Part shown: piece after piece, positions 38,490 to 50,435 of the stretch | How positions within the stretch are numbered: position 1 is the first letter of the stretch | How the letters are laid out: each line of letters starts with the position of its first letter | Assembly: GCA_043809315.1 (NCBI GenBank) | Contig: JAZDDX010000009.1 | Span: 1 to 64,000, forward strand | Direction: 5' to 3' | DNA: 64,000 nucleotides | Source: Pseudomonadota bacterium | Lineage (GTDB): Bacteria; Bdellovibrionota_G; JALEGL01; DATDPG01 | Program-made: the position numbers and the translations under genes | The notes under the pieces: generated by a model | What the model was told of the DNA's origin: nothing | Seen by the model: the letters and a program-made list of their open reading frames with translations, nothing else | The model's database searches: none

Positions 38490-41400
38490 TCAATCGATCG
38501 TTTGAATTGAACCGCGAAGATACGCCTCTCGGAAGGAGTCCCCGGCCGCGATCATCTGCCGGATGAACGCTGGGCGATTCCCCTCCTCCAGCCACCCGTC
38601 GATCAGGCGCCCCATCAATCCGCCACTCACCGCCATTTCGATTACCGGCTGTTCCCAGTCCTGCACCAGCCACTGTACTGCGAGTCTTGCCGGTGGTTGA
38701 TTGCCCGCAAAGACAATTTCCGGTTTGCCGGCTGTCTCGTCGAGGAGATTCTCTAGAATCCGGGAGGGGCCCCGTTCGTCCCGGAGCCAGGTGGCGAATT
38801 GGGGGACGACCTGTCGGACGCCGTCGGAGATTTCCAGAACCTGATCGCGGGCGGTGAGCATCGTCCGGTTGAAGGTCGAGGGGCCGTTTCGATGAAGAAC
38901 AAGGGCGCCGCGCCCCCGGGCGGTCATCATGACCCCCCAAAGCTCCGAAGCGATCCCGCGAGGGTCGAGTTTCGAAATCCGGTTGAGCTCCGCGGCGGTC
39001 GAGGAGATCATAAGGTTTCGGACATCCGGAAACATGTCGGCCGAGGCAGCGTCGCGGCTGGTTCCGCGGATGTACTCCCGGCGATCCGGGGGTGACATCG
39101 ATTGGAGATACCCGGCGAGGGCGATTTCCGCGACGGCCCCTTCCATCAGCTTCATGAGGGCGGCCGGGAAGACCCCCTGCGCGCATCCGGCCAGGTCCGC
39201 CTGGGTTCTTCCCCAGAACCGCGACTCGAGGGCAATCGCGGTCCGAACGTCACGTCGTTCCAACTCTCTCCACCCGATGTTTGCGACGGAGACGAAACGG
39301 TTCCAGACCGGGGCGGTCTCCTCCCGGTGTGATCGGAATTCCTCCTTCCAGTCGGCCGACAGGTTCCGGCAATGGGCGACCCGTTTCTGCTCCTGATAGG
39401 TCCCCTCCAGAAGTGATCCGAGAACGATCGTCGCGCCGCTCGAGAGATAGGGAATCGGGATCGCGTGGCTCACGAGGGCTGCGGCGCCGAAGAGGACGGT
39501 GGAGACCGCGGAATCGACCAGCGAGACTTCGCGCCAGGCCTGTTTCCGCGAAGCCTCGGAATCGAGGATCTGGAGGTTCAGCGTCCGGAGAAAGGCGTTC
39601 TCGAATCCCGCCGGAAGCGGGTTCACCGGATCGGGCGAGCCGTTCCGGAGGCGGAGGTCGGCGACCGCCCGTTTCTGCCTCTCCGGCGGCGTCGCGTTCC
39701 CGGCGAAGCGCGGACTGCGGAGGGCTTCGTCCACCATGAAATAGGAAAGGTTCGCCCGGAGCTGGCTTTTCCCGAGGGCCTGTTCCGCTGCGTTCCCGCG
39801 GAATCCGTTTTCGACCCATCGCTGTGCCAGGATGCCGGGGAAGAACGCCGCCTGGGCCAGGCCCTTGGAAATGAGGTTCCCCATCCGCATCGCGAACCGG
39901 ACGTTGGAAGGACCGGACAGCTCGCCGAGGTTCTTGAGCACGCTCTTCCATTGACTGCGGACCCAGGCGTTCGCGCCGAGTTGTCCCCCGGTTGTGATCC
40001 CGACGAAGGCGCCGATCGACGCGAGAAACTCCGGGCTCGCGAGGTGGACGAGAGAATCCTGAACCGCTTCCACGAGGTTTTTTCCGGTCGTCCGCATGAT
40101 CTCGTACGTCCGGACGACGAGGATGATGCAGATGAATTCCCATTGCCCTTTCGCCATCTGCTTCATCCCCCAACCGCGCGCGCGCAGCGAACTTTCGATT
40201 TCCCCCTTCATCGCGGCCAGAATTTCCCGCTGGACCGACTCGATCTTCCGGAGCTTCGCCTCTCCCTGCGCGACCTGGTTCTTCGGGAGTTCCTGATAGA
40301 GCGTTTCGACGAGGAGATTCGTTCTCCCGCTGTTCCCCTTTCCCCGCTCCAGCTGGCCCAGGAAGAGCTGCTCGACGCGGGTCCATTCCTCGCGCGACAG
40401 GTTGAACTGGTCGAGAAAGACCGCCTCCGCGTCGGTCAAAGAATGGGAAAAGAACGGGGACTGCACCGTCTTTGGAACGAGTTGGGCGGTGTAGGTCTCG
40501 CGGATTTCTTCCACTTTGGCCCGGATCGGTTCGGCTAATTCCCCTTTTCCGACCTCGCTCACCGTCTGAATCGCCTCCTTGAACTCCGGCCATTCGAGAA
40601 CCGAGAGGATTCGCCGGGGAGGCTTGTGAAGGAACCTCTCCAGGAGACCGTTCTTGAGGAAGTCCTTCCGCTGCTGCTCGGTCGTGAACTGAAGCTGCCC
40701 GCCGTTTTCGGAGGCGAAGTCGTGGACGGCCAGGGCTACTTCCATCGCTTCCAGGCGCGTCGAAAAGCCGGGAGAGGAAAACGCGCGGCGTACCGATCCC
40801 AACGGTAACGAAAAAGTGGCGGCAACTTCCTCGGGGGTGACGGCGATCGCGGCGAACTCTTTCACGTCGTACGCCCGCTTCTTGTCGAAGAGGATTTCGC
40901 AGGCCCGGGAGATCAACTGCGGATCGTTGATGCCGTTCGCAGGAGGGGAAACGAGACCGTCGATCAGGATCAGGGGAGACTGATGGAGCAGGTTGTAGCG
41001 GTTGACGGTCAGAAACCCTTCCCGGTACGTGGATTCCCGAAGACGTGCGAGAAGGCCGTCGACGTTCTTTTCCGGCATCTCAGCATGCGGCAACTCCCGA
41101 GCGATCTCTTCCACCAAAACGTGAACGATCCCGGATTTCGCCTGTCCCGCTTTTCGGCGGGCGAGGTTCTCAATTCTCACCAGGAGATCGTCCCTTCCTT
41201 CGCGCGTCGAAAGGTCGGGTCGGTCGGAAAGAACCGGCGTGATCCGTCGGCCGTTTTCATCGACGATCCAGAACTCCATGGCCAGCCAATCCCGGCTGTT
41301 GCGGTTCTGGGTCTTTAGCATGTCCTGGGCCGACGGGGTACGCGCCACGCGTTCGGTCTCCTCGGCGGGGTGCCCCCATTTGGCCGCCAGCTCCGGGATC

Positions 41401-43544
41401 GGGACCTGGCGGGCAATCTCGGGAGGAAGCCCGCGCTTCAGCCTGTCCTCGAAAACCGCCTGCGCTAGGTAGACCAACTCGAGCGCTTTTCCGGAATCAC
41501 TCTGTTTCACTTGGGTCACGGGCCGCTGCACCGGCGCGTCCGTGATCGCGCCGAGCGTCACCGAGAAACGGCGACGGTTCTTCCATTTCGTATGGAGCTG
41601 CAGACGTTTGCCGCCCTTGCCACCCGCGTACGAACGCTCTGTCAGCGCCGCAACGAAGGGGGGATGCTCCGCGATTCCGATGATCTCCCGGGCGTTCCAG
41701 GCCCGGTTGAGAAACTTCTTCTCCGTCAGCTTGTCGGCGATCTCATCCGCAGGGACGTTGAGGGCGTGCGAAAGATTCGTGCCGGGACGGGCCCCTTCGG
41801 GTTCGGGGAGCATCTTCGCGATCGCCGCTCTTTCCTGCGAACGTTCCTCGAGAGCGTCGATCACTCCGCCAATCGTTTTTTCCGGATATGCGGTTACCAA
41901 AGCGACCCCAACTGTCAGGGGATTTTCCCACTGGATTTTCAGCTTCGGAGCGCCCGTTTTTGTGGGGGCAATGACGTCGTTGTGCGCGCCGAGAATGTAC
42001 TTGAAGGGATCCCTGTATTCTGCTGTCGAGGTTTCCGAGACGAGCTTCAGATCGTCTTTCTTCCAGGTTCGGTCGAGCACTTTCCTCTCGTTCAGGAAAT
42101 AGAGGAGTTCCGAAGGAGGGATGTCTCGTGCGACCCGCAACAGGGCTTCCTTCCCCCCTCGGTCCGCGAACTGCGGGAGCGGCTTGAGTGTCTGAACCCG
42201 GGTTTTCGACAACTCGTCCATCGCCAGAACGACGGCTTTCGAGACACCCCACGGATCTTTCTCGAACGCCTCCTTGAGAGCGGGATCCCATTCGATCGTT
42301 TCGGAAAGAACGAATTTTCGGTCCTTTCCATGAAAAACCTCCATCGCGACCCGCTGGAGATCCGCAAGCAAGTCGGTCCTCCCGAGGGTGCCCAGCGCTC
42401 TCTTAACAAGGGCTGGGTGGTCGAAGGAATCTGCGAGCAGGGAACGCCATGCGAGATCGGACGCTTCCTTCCCCTTCTGCTCCAACATCCAGCGGACTAA
42501 ACCCAGGCTGGTTTCGTATGGGACGTGCGTCAGGTTGAAGATCTGGATTTGGGCGGCGCGCCTTACGACTTGCCCGTTCGGCTCGATCATTGGGACGCCT
42601 CGGGCGATGGAGTTGAAATGTTCCCTGATCCATTTCCCGTACTCGCTTCCGAAACGGACCGGATCGATGGTCGCTGCCGGGTTCAGAAGGGACGAGACTT
42701 CCCAGCCGGTGAACCGCTTCAATGACGACAGCGTTACGATCCGGGTGCAGGTGCCTCTGCAGAGTGCCTCCCGGATATCGCTCCGTTCGATCACGTCCTC
42801 CTGGAAGAGATGGTCTTTATGGGTTCCGTCCGGGAGCTGGCCGCCGAATGCGATGCCGGCCACCTCCAGGGAACCGTCCGGCCGGACCCTCGCCACGGGG
42901 GAACCGTTGGAGCCCCCGTTGGTCACCACGAAGGAGGTGTTCTCGATTCCGACGATCGAATCCTCGACCCGGCCGAGCCCGACGTGAAACCGTCTCCTGA
43001 GTTTCTTCCCGTCGGCGCCGGTGTTGCTGAGGAGCGTGGCAAGAACGATCGGTTCCCCGAGCCGGAGCGGCTCGGTGGATAGACGGACCGACGAGGGGCC
43101 TGCAAACGGATGTCCGGGAGGAAAGTCGGTCTGAAAAACGGCAAGATCGAGAAACGGTTCGCTCCATCCCCGCGACTGCAATCCCCGCAATTCGGTCTGC
43201 ATCTGCCAACGACCCGCCGATCCCACGACGCTGGAAACGATGATCTCCTTCGTTTCCCCGAAGGCTTTCAGCACGTGCGAATTGGTCAGGAACAGGTTCG
43301 GTCCGATATGGACGCCCGTTGCGTGGAGGCCGGGGAGAACCGTGAGACCGACGGTTTCCTTCACCAGGCTTTCGACGGCTGAGAGTTTGGCGGGAGAAAC
43401 TTTCGGCAACACTTCCGGAAGCTCATCGAGGGTCAACAGCCTTGCATGTTCCTCGAGGGTCAACGATGCGGGCGAATCCTGGGCCCAACCCGGGAAGGGG
43501 AGGCAGAGCAGTGCAAAGGCGGCAATTGTCCGAAACCGAGACAT
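38490..43544 (-). CDS. Giant secreted protein (1684 aa): N-terminal trypsin-like domain, internal repeats, C-terminal hydrophobic helices
   Basis: GGAGG upstream; signal peptide; ATGVHIGPNLFLTNSHV, DLAVF and TNGGSNGSPV trypsin-like motifs; uninterrupted 5-kb ORF. Confidence 0.8.
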   Translation of the reverse strand: MSRFRTIAAFALLCLPFPGWAQDSPASLTLEEHARLLTLDELPEVLPKVSPAKLSAVESLVKETVGLTVLPGLHATGVHIGPNLFLTNSHVLKAFGETKEIIVSSVVGSAGRWQMQTELRGLQSRGWSEPFLDLAVFQTDFPPGHPFAGPSSVRLSTEPLRLGEPIVLATLLSNTGADGKKLRRRFHVGLGRVEDSIVGIENTSFVVTNGGSNGSPVARVRPDGSLEVAGIAFGGQLPDGTHKDHLFQEDVIERSDIREALCRGTCTRIVTLSSLKRFTGWEVSSLLNPAATIDPVRFGSEYGKWIREHFNSIARGVPMIEPNGQVVRRAAQIQIFNLTHVPYETSLGLVRWMLEQKGKEASDLAWRSLLADSFDHPALVKRALGTLGRTDLLADLQRVAMEVFHGKDRKFVLSETIEWDPALKEAFEKDPWGVSKAVVLAMDELSKTRVQTLKPLPQFADRGGKEALLRVARDIPPSELLYFLNERKVLDRTWKKDDLKLVSETSTAEYRDPFKYILGAHNDVIAPTKTGAPKLKIQWENPLTVGVALVTAYPEKTIGGVIDALEERSQERAAIAKMLPEPEGARPGTNLSHALNVPADEIADKLTEKKFLNRAWNAREIIGIAEHPPFVAALTERSYAGGKGGKRLQLHTKWKNRRRFSVTLGAITDAPVQRPVTQVKQSDSGKALELVYLAQAVFEDRLKRGLPPEIARQVPIPELAAKWGHPAEETERVARTPSAQDMLKTQNRNSRDWLAMEFWIVDENGRRITPVLSDRPDLSTREGRDDLLVRIENLARRKAGQAKSGIVHVLVEEIARELPHAEMPEKNVDGLLARLRESTYREGFLTVNRYNLLHQSPLILIDGLVSPPANGINDPQLISRACEILFDKKRAYDVKEFAAIAVTPEEVAATFSLPLGSVRRAFSSPGFSTRLEAMEVALAVHDFASENGGQLQFTTEQQRKDFLKNGLLERFLHKPPRRILSVLEWPEFKEAIQTVSEVGKGELAEPIRAKVEEIRETYTAQLVPKTVQSPFFSHSLTDAEAVFLDQFNLSREEWTRVEQLFLGQLERGKGNSGRTNLLVETLYQELPKNQVAQGEAKLRKIESVQREILAAMKGEIESSLRARGWGMKQMAKGQWEFICIILVVRTYEIMRTTGKNLVEAVQDSLVHLASPEFLASIGAFVGITTGGQLGANAWVRSQWKSVLKNLGELSGPSNVRFAMRMGNLISKGLAQAAFFPGILAQRWVENGFRGNAAEQALGKSQLRANLSYFMVDEALRSPRFAGNATPPERQKRAVADLRLRNGSPDPVNPLPAGFENAFLRTLNLQILDSEASRKQAWREVSLVDSAVSTVLFGAAALVSHAIPIPYLSSGATIVLGSLLEGTYQEQKRVAHCRNLSADWKEEFRSHREETAPVWNRFVSVANIGWRELERRDVRTAIALESRFWGRTQADLAGCAQGVFPAALMKLMEGAVAEIALAGYLQSMSPPDRREYIRGTSRDAASADMFPDVRNLMISSTAAELNRISKLDPRGIASELWGVMMTARGRGALVLHRNGPSTFNRTMLTARDQVLEISDGVRQVVPQFATWLRDERGPSRILENLLDETAGKPEIVFAGNQPPARLAVQWLVQDWEQPVIEMAVSGGLMGRLIDGWLEEGNRPAFIRQMIAAGDSFREAYLRGSIQTID

Positions 43545-43556
43545 CGCCTCCTATAG

Positions 43557-43572
43557 AGCAATTGGCATGCCA
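43557..43572 (-). promoter_or_regulatory. Sigma54 (RpoN) -24/-12 promoter
   Basis: The minus strand reads TGGCATGCCAATTGCT, matching TGGCAC-N5-TTGC(A/T) with exact GG/GC spacing. It ends 12 nt before the ATG of the 1684-aa gene and lies just downstream of an NtrC-family gene. Confidence 0.8.
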
Positions 43573-43672
43573 TCTCCGGCGCATAATTGTCTTTAATAAA
43601 CAGGTGGTTAGAGGTATCCCCCTGCCGAAAAAAAGAGGAAATCGGCTCAGATGTGGCGCATGTGTCCCCGAC

Positions 43673-45042
<1,370 letters not shown>

Positions 45043-45046
<4 letters not shown>

Positions 45047-47460
45047 GCCGACCCTCCCGCCGGGAATTCCAGGGTGAAGCGGGTCCCGCTCCCCGGACGG
45101 CTCTCCAACTCGATCTCCCCGCCATGCTCGGAAACGATCTGCTTCACGATCGCGAGCCCCAAGCCGGTCCCGGTCGACTTCGTCGTGAAAAATGGTTTGA
45201 ACACCTGCTCCCGGATCGTCGCATCCATCCCTCGCCCCGTATCCTCCACGATCACGGCCAGACGGTCACGTCCGTTCCCTTCAAAACCCACTCGGACGGT
45301 GACCGTACCACCCCGGGGCGTCGCCTCCATGGCGTTCACCAGGAGATTTTCGACCGCGCGGCCGAGAAGTGTTTCGTCCCCCTGGAACACCGGCTCTTTC
45401 TCGGACCGCATAAAAACGAGACGGACCTCGTTCTTCTCGAACGAAGGGGCGACCCTCTCGACGACCTTCGCGACGAGTGTATTCATCGAACAGTCGCGCA
45501 ATGAAAGTCCCATCGGTTTCGCGTACGTCAGGATCCCCTGAATCGTCCGATCCATCCGGTCGACCTCTTCCTCGACGAACGTCACCAACTCGTAGGCGTG
45601 GTCCCCCTCGCGAAACCGGCGCTTGATCGTCCCGGCGGAGATTCGGATCGTGGAGAGCGGGTTCTTGATGTCGTGAATCAGGACGCTCGCCATCTGCCCG
45701 ACCGCTGCGAGGCGGGCCTGCCGATCCGCCGCCACCGCCAGCTCGGCGTTTTCGAGTACGATCCCCATCCGGACACCGATCGGTTCGAGGAGCAAAAGCT
45801 CGTCCGCCTCCCAGCGATCCCGGGACTCCTTCGCCCCCAGGAGCAAAACCCCAAAAAGTTTCCCGGAGGAGATACAAGGAACGAGGACCTCGATTCCGTT
45901 CGATTGGAGCGTGGCCACCGACTGCCGGTACCGTTCGGGTCGCTCTTCTCCTAAAGTTCCGACTTTGACCGGGGTCGGCTTTTCCTGCAGACGATCGAGG
46001 ACCCCCTCCCCTTCGAACAGCGGAAGCCATTTTTCCATCGCCGGCGGGTCATTCCATCGAGCTGCCCGGACGACGGCACGACTTGCGATGTGCATCGAAG
46101 GGCAGAGAACCGCCGTCCGCTGAAGCTTCAGAAGTTCGACGAGACGTTCGGTTACCTGTTCGGCCAATTGCGCAGCGGGAAGCCCGGCGACGAGCGAGCG
46201 ATCGAGTTCCGTAAGTGCGGTCCCGAGATCGAAGCGGCTCCGGAACAGAAGGCGCCGGACGAGATCGTTGACGCCGCGGCGGAGGCGGTTGAAGAGCAGT
46301 GCGCCGACCCCCGCCAAAACCACGAAGAACCAGCTGAAGGAGCGACCGAACGCATCCCCCGGACCGATCAGCTCCCGGACCCCACCGATCACCGCAAGGT
46401 AGAGAACCAGAACGACCGCGGCCGCGACACCGTAGCTCAGACTTAAACGGATCACGCGATCGAGTTCGAAGACGTTCTTGCGCAAAACCGCGTATGTCAT
46501 GAAAACGGGGAAGAACGATCCGAGCAGAACCCCTTCGTCCAGGGCGAACGATTTCGCGAGCAGAACGAAGTTGAGCGACCAGGCCGCCACGAACGAACTG
46601 GCGAGCACGAGACCGATCCCGATCACCTTGATCTTATCGCGCGCCGCCTGACTCTTGGCCCGGAAATAGGCACGGACGAGCAGATAGAGGCTCGTCGACA
46701 GGACGATCAGGACGTATGTGGAGGAAAGGCGGGAGAGAAGTGCTGAAATAACCGAATCTTTGAAGAAGATTTCGCGCGCCGCCACCAACGCAAATGCGAC
46801 CAGATAGACGCCGGTCACGGCGACACGAACCCTCGTCCGGACCGACGGAGATTCCGGAAACAGGGCGAACAGGTGCACGAGGAGCGCGCCGATCAGGGGA
46901 TAAAGAAGGATCACGCGGAAAAAGGCAAACGAGGTGTACGCCTCGTAGACCGCCATGCAGAAGATCCCGATCAAGCAACAGAGAAATAGATAGGTGAGGC
47001 TCCCACGCGCCGACGGCTGGGTGAAATAAAGAATCCCGCCGAAGGTCACAAAGAGAAGTCCCATCAGGAACGGGGCCAGGCAGACGATTAAAAAATCGTT
47101 CAGCGTATATCGCGTAATCGGAGCCCCGATTTCTTGAACCACCCCTCGCCGCTCGATCCGGTAGGTGAACGTTTCCCCGGGACGATTCTTTCCCACCCGT
47201 TCCAATAGCTCCACTCCGGTCGAGATCGGCACGCCGTCGACGGCGGTGATCTTGTCCAACGAGCGAAGTCCGGCCTGGATCCCCGGCCACTCGGCCCTCT
47301 GTCCGATCCCGACCAGGAGATTCGGTCCGAAAAAGAAGCCGGCGAACGGGGAACCGATCGTCCCGATCGCGCGGAAGAGCGACAGCCCGCCGACCATGAG
47401 GGTCGCGCAGAGCGTGAGAATCGCCACGAAGTGCTGGATCAGCCGCGTACGTCGCTGCAC
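45043..47460 (-). CDS. Membrane sensor histidine kinase with PDZ, multi-TM, GAF, HisKA and HATPase domains
   Basis: PDZ-like [14 protein letters not shown]; about 7 TM; GAF-like [32 protein letters not shown] and PFFTTK.GTGLGL. Start uncertain (GTG 47460 or 47517). Confidence 0.92.
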
Positions 47461-47575
47461 GCCGCTTCCGGTATCACAGAAAGCGACGAGGGTCGATTCC
47501 GTCCTGCCGGAAGCCACGCAAACAAATTGCCCAAGTCCCGGGTAGGTATAGGATTCCGTCGTGGAGGTTTACCGG

Positions 47576-48205
47576 ATGAAACCCGCACTCTTGGTTCTTT
47601 CCATTCTTCTCGTGACCGTCAGCTGCAGTTCGGGCACGTCGGTCGGGAGCGGCGCCGGCTTCGACACGTTCACGACACAGCCGACCGCCGCGGACTTTGG
47701 CTCGGCAATCTTGTTCGCCGCTAAAGCTCAAAGCGTGAACGCAAGGCTTGGGATTACGAAAGCCATGCGCGACGGGCTTCTTCCGGGTGGGGCAAGAAGT
47801 GCTACCATCATTCCTACGCTCACTCCAAGTTCGAAGAGCGGCACGAAGGCTTGTGCGGGCGGAGGAACTATTGCGTGGAGTAGCTCCATTAACAATACGT
47901 CCGCCCAGGGTCAAGCAACACTCTCCCGTTGTTCCATAACGGTAAATGTGGCGGGTAAAGGCTACGCCGAAGAATTAACAGGTTCAGTCACGGCGGACGC
48001 GACGAGATCAGACTCCGAAATCAGGATTACGTATCGGGGCGGAGTTTCCGGGAGTGGAGATATCGGTTTCGCCGTAGACTGCGGGCTTACCCTTGTCATC
48101 ACGAGTACCGCCGGGACCACCACGGGGTCGTGCACGTTCCGGGATGCCGCCGGTCGCAAGATCGAAGGGACCGGAGACGAACTCAGCAGCTTCTTTTTTT
48201 ATTAG
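47576..48205 (+). CDS. Lipoprotein of unknown function (Ser/Thr/Gly-rich, beta-strand-rich)
   Basis: GGAGG RBS; lipobox TVSC; 4 further Cys; less GC-biased codons. Confidence 0.72.
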   Translation: MKPALLVLSILLVTVSCSSGTSVGSGAGFDTFTTQPTAADFGSAILFAAKAQSVNARLGITKAMRDGLLPGGARSATIIPTLTPSSKSGTKACAGGGTIAWSSSINNTSAQGQATLSRCSITVNVAGKGYAEELTGSVTADATRSDSEIRITYRGGVSGSGDIGFAVDCGLTLVITSTAGTTTGSCTFRDAAGRKIEGTGDELSSFFFY

Positions 48206-48224
48206 ACGAACATCCTTTCCTGTC

Positions 48225-50426
48225 TCACAGAAACCGGTGCGGATCGATATCGAGCCGGAGGGAGACCTTCCGTGCGCGAAGCGACTCGCGCGATTCGGAA
48301 AGCAACCACCGTCCCAGCGCAGCCGCCTTGTTTCCCGGCGTCGATCGAAGAATCAAATGATACCGATGTTTCGTCTTGAGCTTCCGGATCGGCGCCGGAG
48401 CGGGCCCGAGAATCCCGACCCCTCTCGAAGCCGCCCTCGCCTGCTTGCCGAGCCAGATGGCCGACGTCCGGACCGCGGTCTCGTCGGCCCCAAGTAATTC
48501 GATCAACGCCATCGACGCGAACGGCGGGTATTTCGCCTCCCGGCGGTACTCGATCTCCCGGTCGAAAAATGTCCGGTAGTCCTGATTCGCCGCCGCCGCG
48601 ACCGCGTAATGGTCCGGTTGAAACGTCTGGAGAATCGCCTTCCCCTTGCGCGAACCCCGTCCCGACCTCCCCACCACCTGCGTCAGCAGTTGAAACGTCA
48701 TCTCCGCCGCCCGGAAATCAGGGAAATGAAGCGACTGATCCGCCAACAACACGCCGACCAGCGAGACGTTCGGAAGATCGATCCCTTTCGTCACCATCTG
48801 CGTCCCGACCAGGATATCGATCTCGCGCCGCGCGAGTTTTCCCAAAACTTGTTCGTGCCCTCCCCGCATCGAAACCGCGTCCCGGTCGAGTCGCGCGATT
48901 CGTGCGTCGGGAAAGAAGCTGTGAAGATCCTGTTCGATCCGTTCGGTTCCCACTCCCAGCAAGATAAATTTCTGTTTCCCGCAAGCCGGGCAGACCTCCG
49001 TCAGCTCCTGCGTGTGATCGCAATAGTGGCAGCGATACGCCCCTTCCTTCCGGTGAAACGTCAGCGTGACGCTGCAATCGGGGCAACGAAGGCTTTCACC
49101 GCAAACGGGACAGAGAACGAGCGGAGCAAAACCGCGTCGGTTCAGGAAGAGAACCGCTTGCTCCCCGTTCCGAAGCGTCTCTTCCAGGCCGGCCCGTAGC
49201 GGTTCGGAGAAGAGCCCCTTCTCCCCGAACCGGGAAAACTCCCCCCGGAGGTCGACGACCTGGACGTCGGGAAGACCGTGTCCGGTCACCCGAAGTGGCA
49301 GCTCCAGGATCCCGTGCGTCCCGCGGGAAGCAGCTTCGTAACTTTCGAGCGACGGCGTGGCCGATCCGAGGAGGAGAACCGCCCCTTCGGTCTGCGCCCG
49401 GTCGGCCGCCAGCGTCTTGGCGTGGTAGGTGAGTCCCTCTTCCTGTTTGTACGAGGAGTCGTGCTCCTCATCGACGACGATGAGGCCGATGTTGCGGAGG
49501 GGGGCGAAAACCGCGCTGCGTGCTCCGATCACGACCGTCGCCTCCCCGCGTAGGATCCGCATCCATTCGGTCAGTCGCTCGCTCTCCGAGCGCGCACTGT
49601 GAAGAAGAGCGACCCCTTTTCCAAGTCGCGCCTGAAAGCGGCCGACGAACTGCGGCGTCAAGGCAATCTCCGGGACCAACGCGAGAACCGTCTTTCCCGC
49701 ATCGAGAACCGCGCGGGCGGCCTGAAGATAGATCTCCGTCTTCCCGCTCCCGGTGATCCCGTGGAGAAGGAAACTTCGGGTTTCGCCCGCTCGAAGCGCC
49801 GAAACGACGGCATCGAGCGCATTCCGTTGCGGCTCCGAAAGATCGACCGCGGGAGCTGTCACGAATGTCGCGTCGGCCACCGGGGGCATCTCGGCTTTTT
49901 CCCGCGCGCGTTCCTTCCGCAGGACCGCTCGCACCTCGATCCAACCGGTTCGCTCGAGCGCCCGGATCCAGCGGATCGCGCGCGGCTCCTTCCGGACGAG
50001 CGTCGCCCAATCGAGGCCGCGTCCGCCGCGGATCCTCCGGATCCAACGGAGCTCGTCGGGATGGCTTGGCTCCCCTTCCCTCTTGGTCGCGACGATCCGT
50101 CGACGCGATTCGCGTGACACGCCGGGGGGGATCATCGTCTGGATCGCCTCGCCGAGGGTGACGCCGTACATCTCCGCCATCCTCCGTGCGAGATCGATCA
50201 ACGGAGGAGTGAGAAGCGGAAGGTCGTCCAGAACCGCCTCGATCGGTTTCGTCTCCACTCCGCCGGCCGTAGTCGGAAGCCCGATCACATACCCGGTCAG
50301 CTTCCGCTTTCCGAACGGGGCGAGAACGCGGTGCCCGATCGAAGCCTCCCCCGCGTCGGCAGGAAGGTCGTAGGTGAAACTCGACGGAAGCGGGAGAGGG
50401 AAAACGACCTCGACGTACGACGGCAC
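48225..50426 (-). CDS. priA: Primosomal protein N' (replication restart helicase)
   Basis: LHGITGSGKTE, VPEIALTPQ, DEEHD, LNRRGF, four CxxC pairs, GTQMVTKG and QVVGRSGR. Confidence 0.97.
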   Translation of the reverse strand: MPSYVEVVFPLPLPSSFTYDLPADAGEASIGHRVLAPFGKRKLTGYVIGLPTTAGGVETKPIEAVLDDLPLLTPPLIDLARRMAEMYGVTLGEAIQTMIPPGVSRESRRRIVATKREGEPSHPDELRWIRRIRGGRGLDWATLVRKEPRAIRWIRALERTGWIEVRAVLRKERAREKAEMPPVADATFVTAPAVDLSEPQRNALDAVVSALRAGETRSFLLHGITGSGKTEIYLQAARAVLDAGKTVLALVPEIALTPQFVGRFQARLGKGVALLHSARSESERLTEWMRILRGEATVVIGARSAVFAPLRNIGLIVVDEEHDSSYKQEEGLTYHAKTLAADRAQTEGAVLLLGSATPSLESYEAASRGTHGILELPLRVTGHGLPDVQVVDLRGEFSRFGEKGLFSEPLRAGLEETLRNGEQAVLFLNRRGFAPLVLCPVCGESLRCPDCSVTLTFHRKEGAYRCHYCDHTQELTEVCPACGKQKFILLGVGTERIEQDLHSFFPDARIARLDRDAVSMRGGHEQVLGKLARREIDILVGTQMVTKGIDLPNVSLVGVLLADQSLHFPDFRAAEMTFQLLTQVVGRSGRGSRKGKAILQTFQPDHYAVAAAANQDYRTFFDREIEYRREAKYPPFASMALIELLGADETAVRTSAIWLGKQARAASRGVGILGPAPAPIRKLKTKHRYHLILRSTPGNKAAALGRWLLSESRESLRARKVSLRLDIDPHRFL

Positions 50427-50435
50427 CCGGCTTAC

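Noticed and set aside
38490-43544. Anti-phage trypsin-effector defence system (protease + NTPase type)
   Set aside because: The protein has a signal peptide, and there is no Walker A/STAND NTPase or nuclease motif in it or in adjacent accessory genes.
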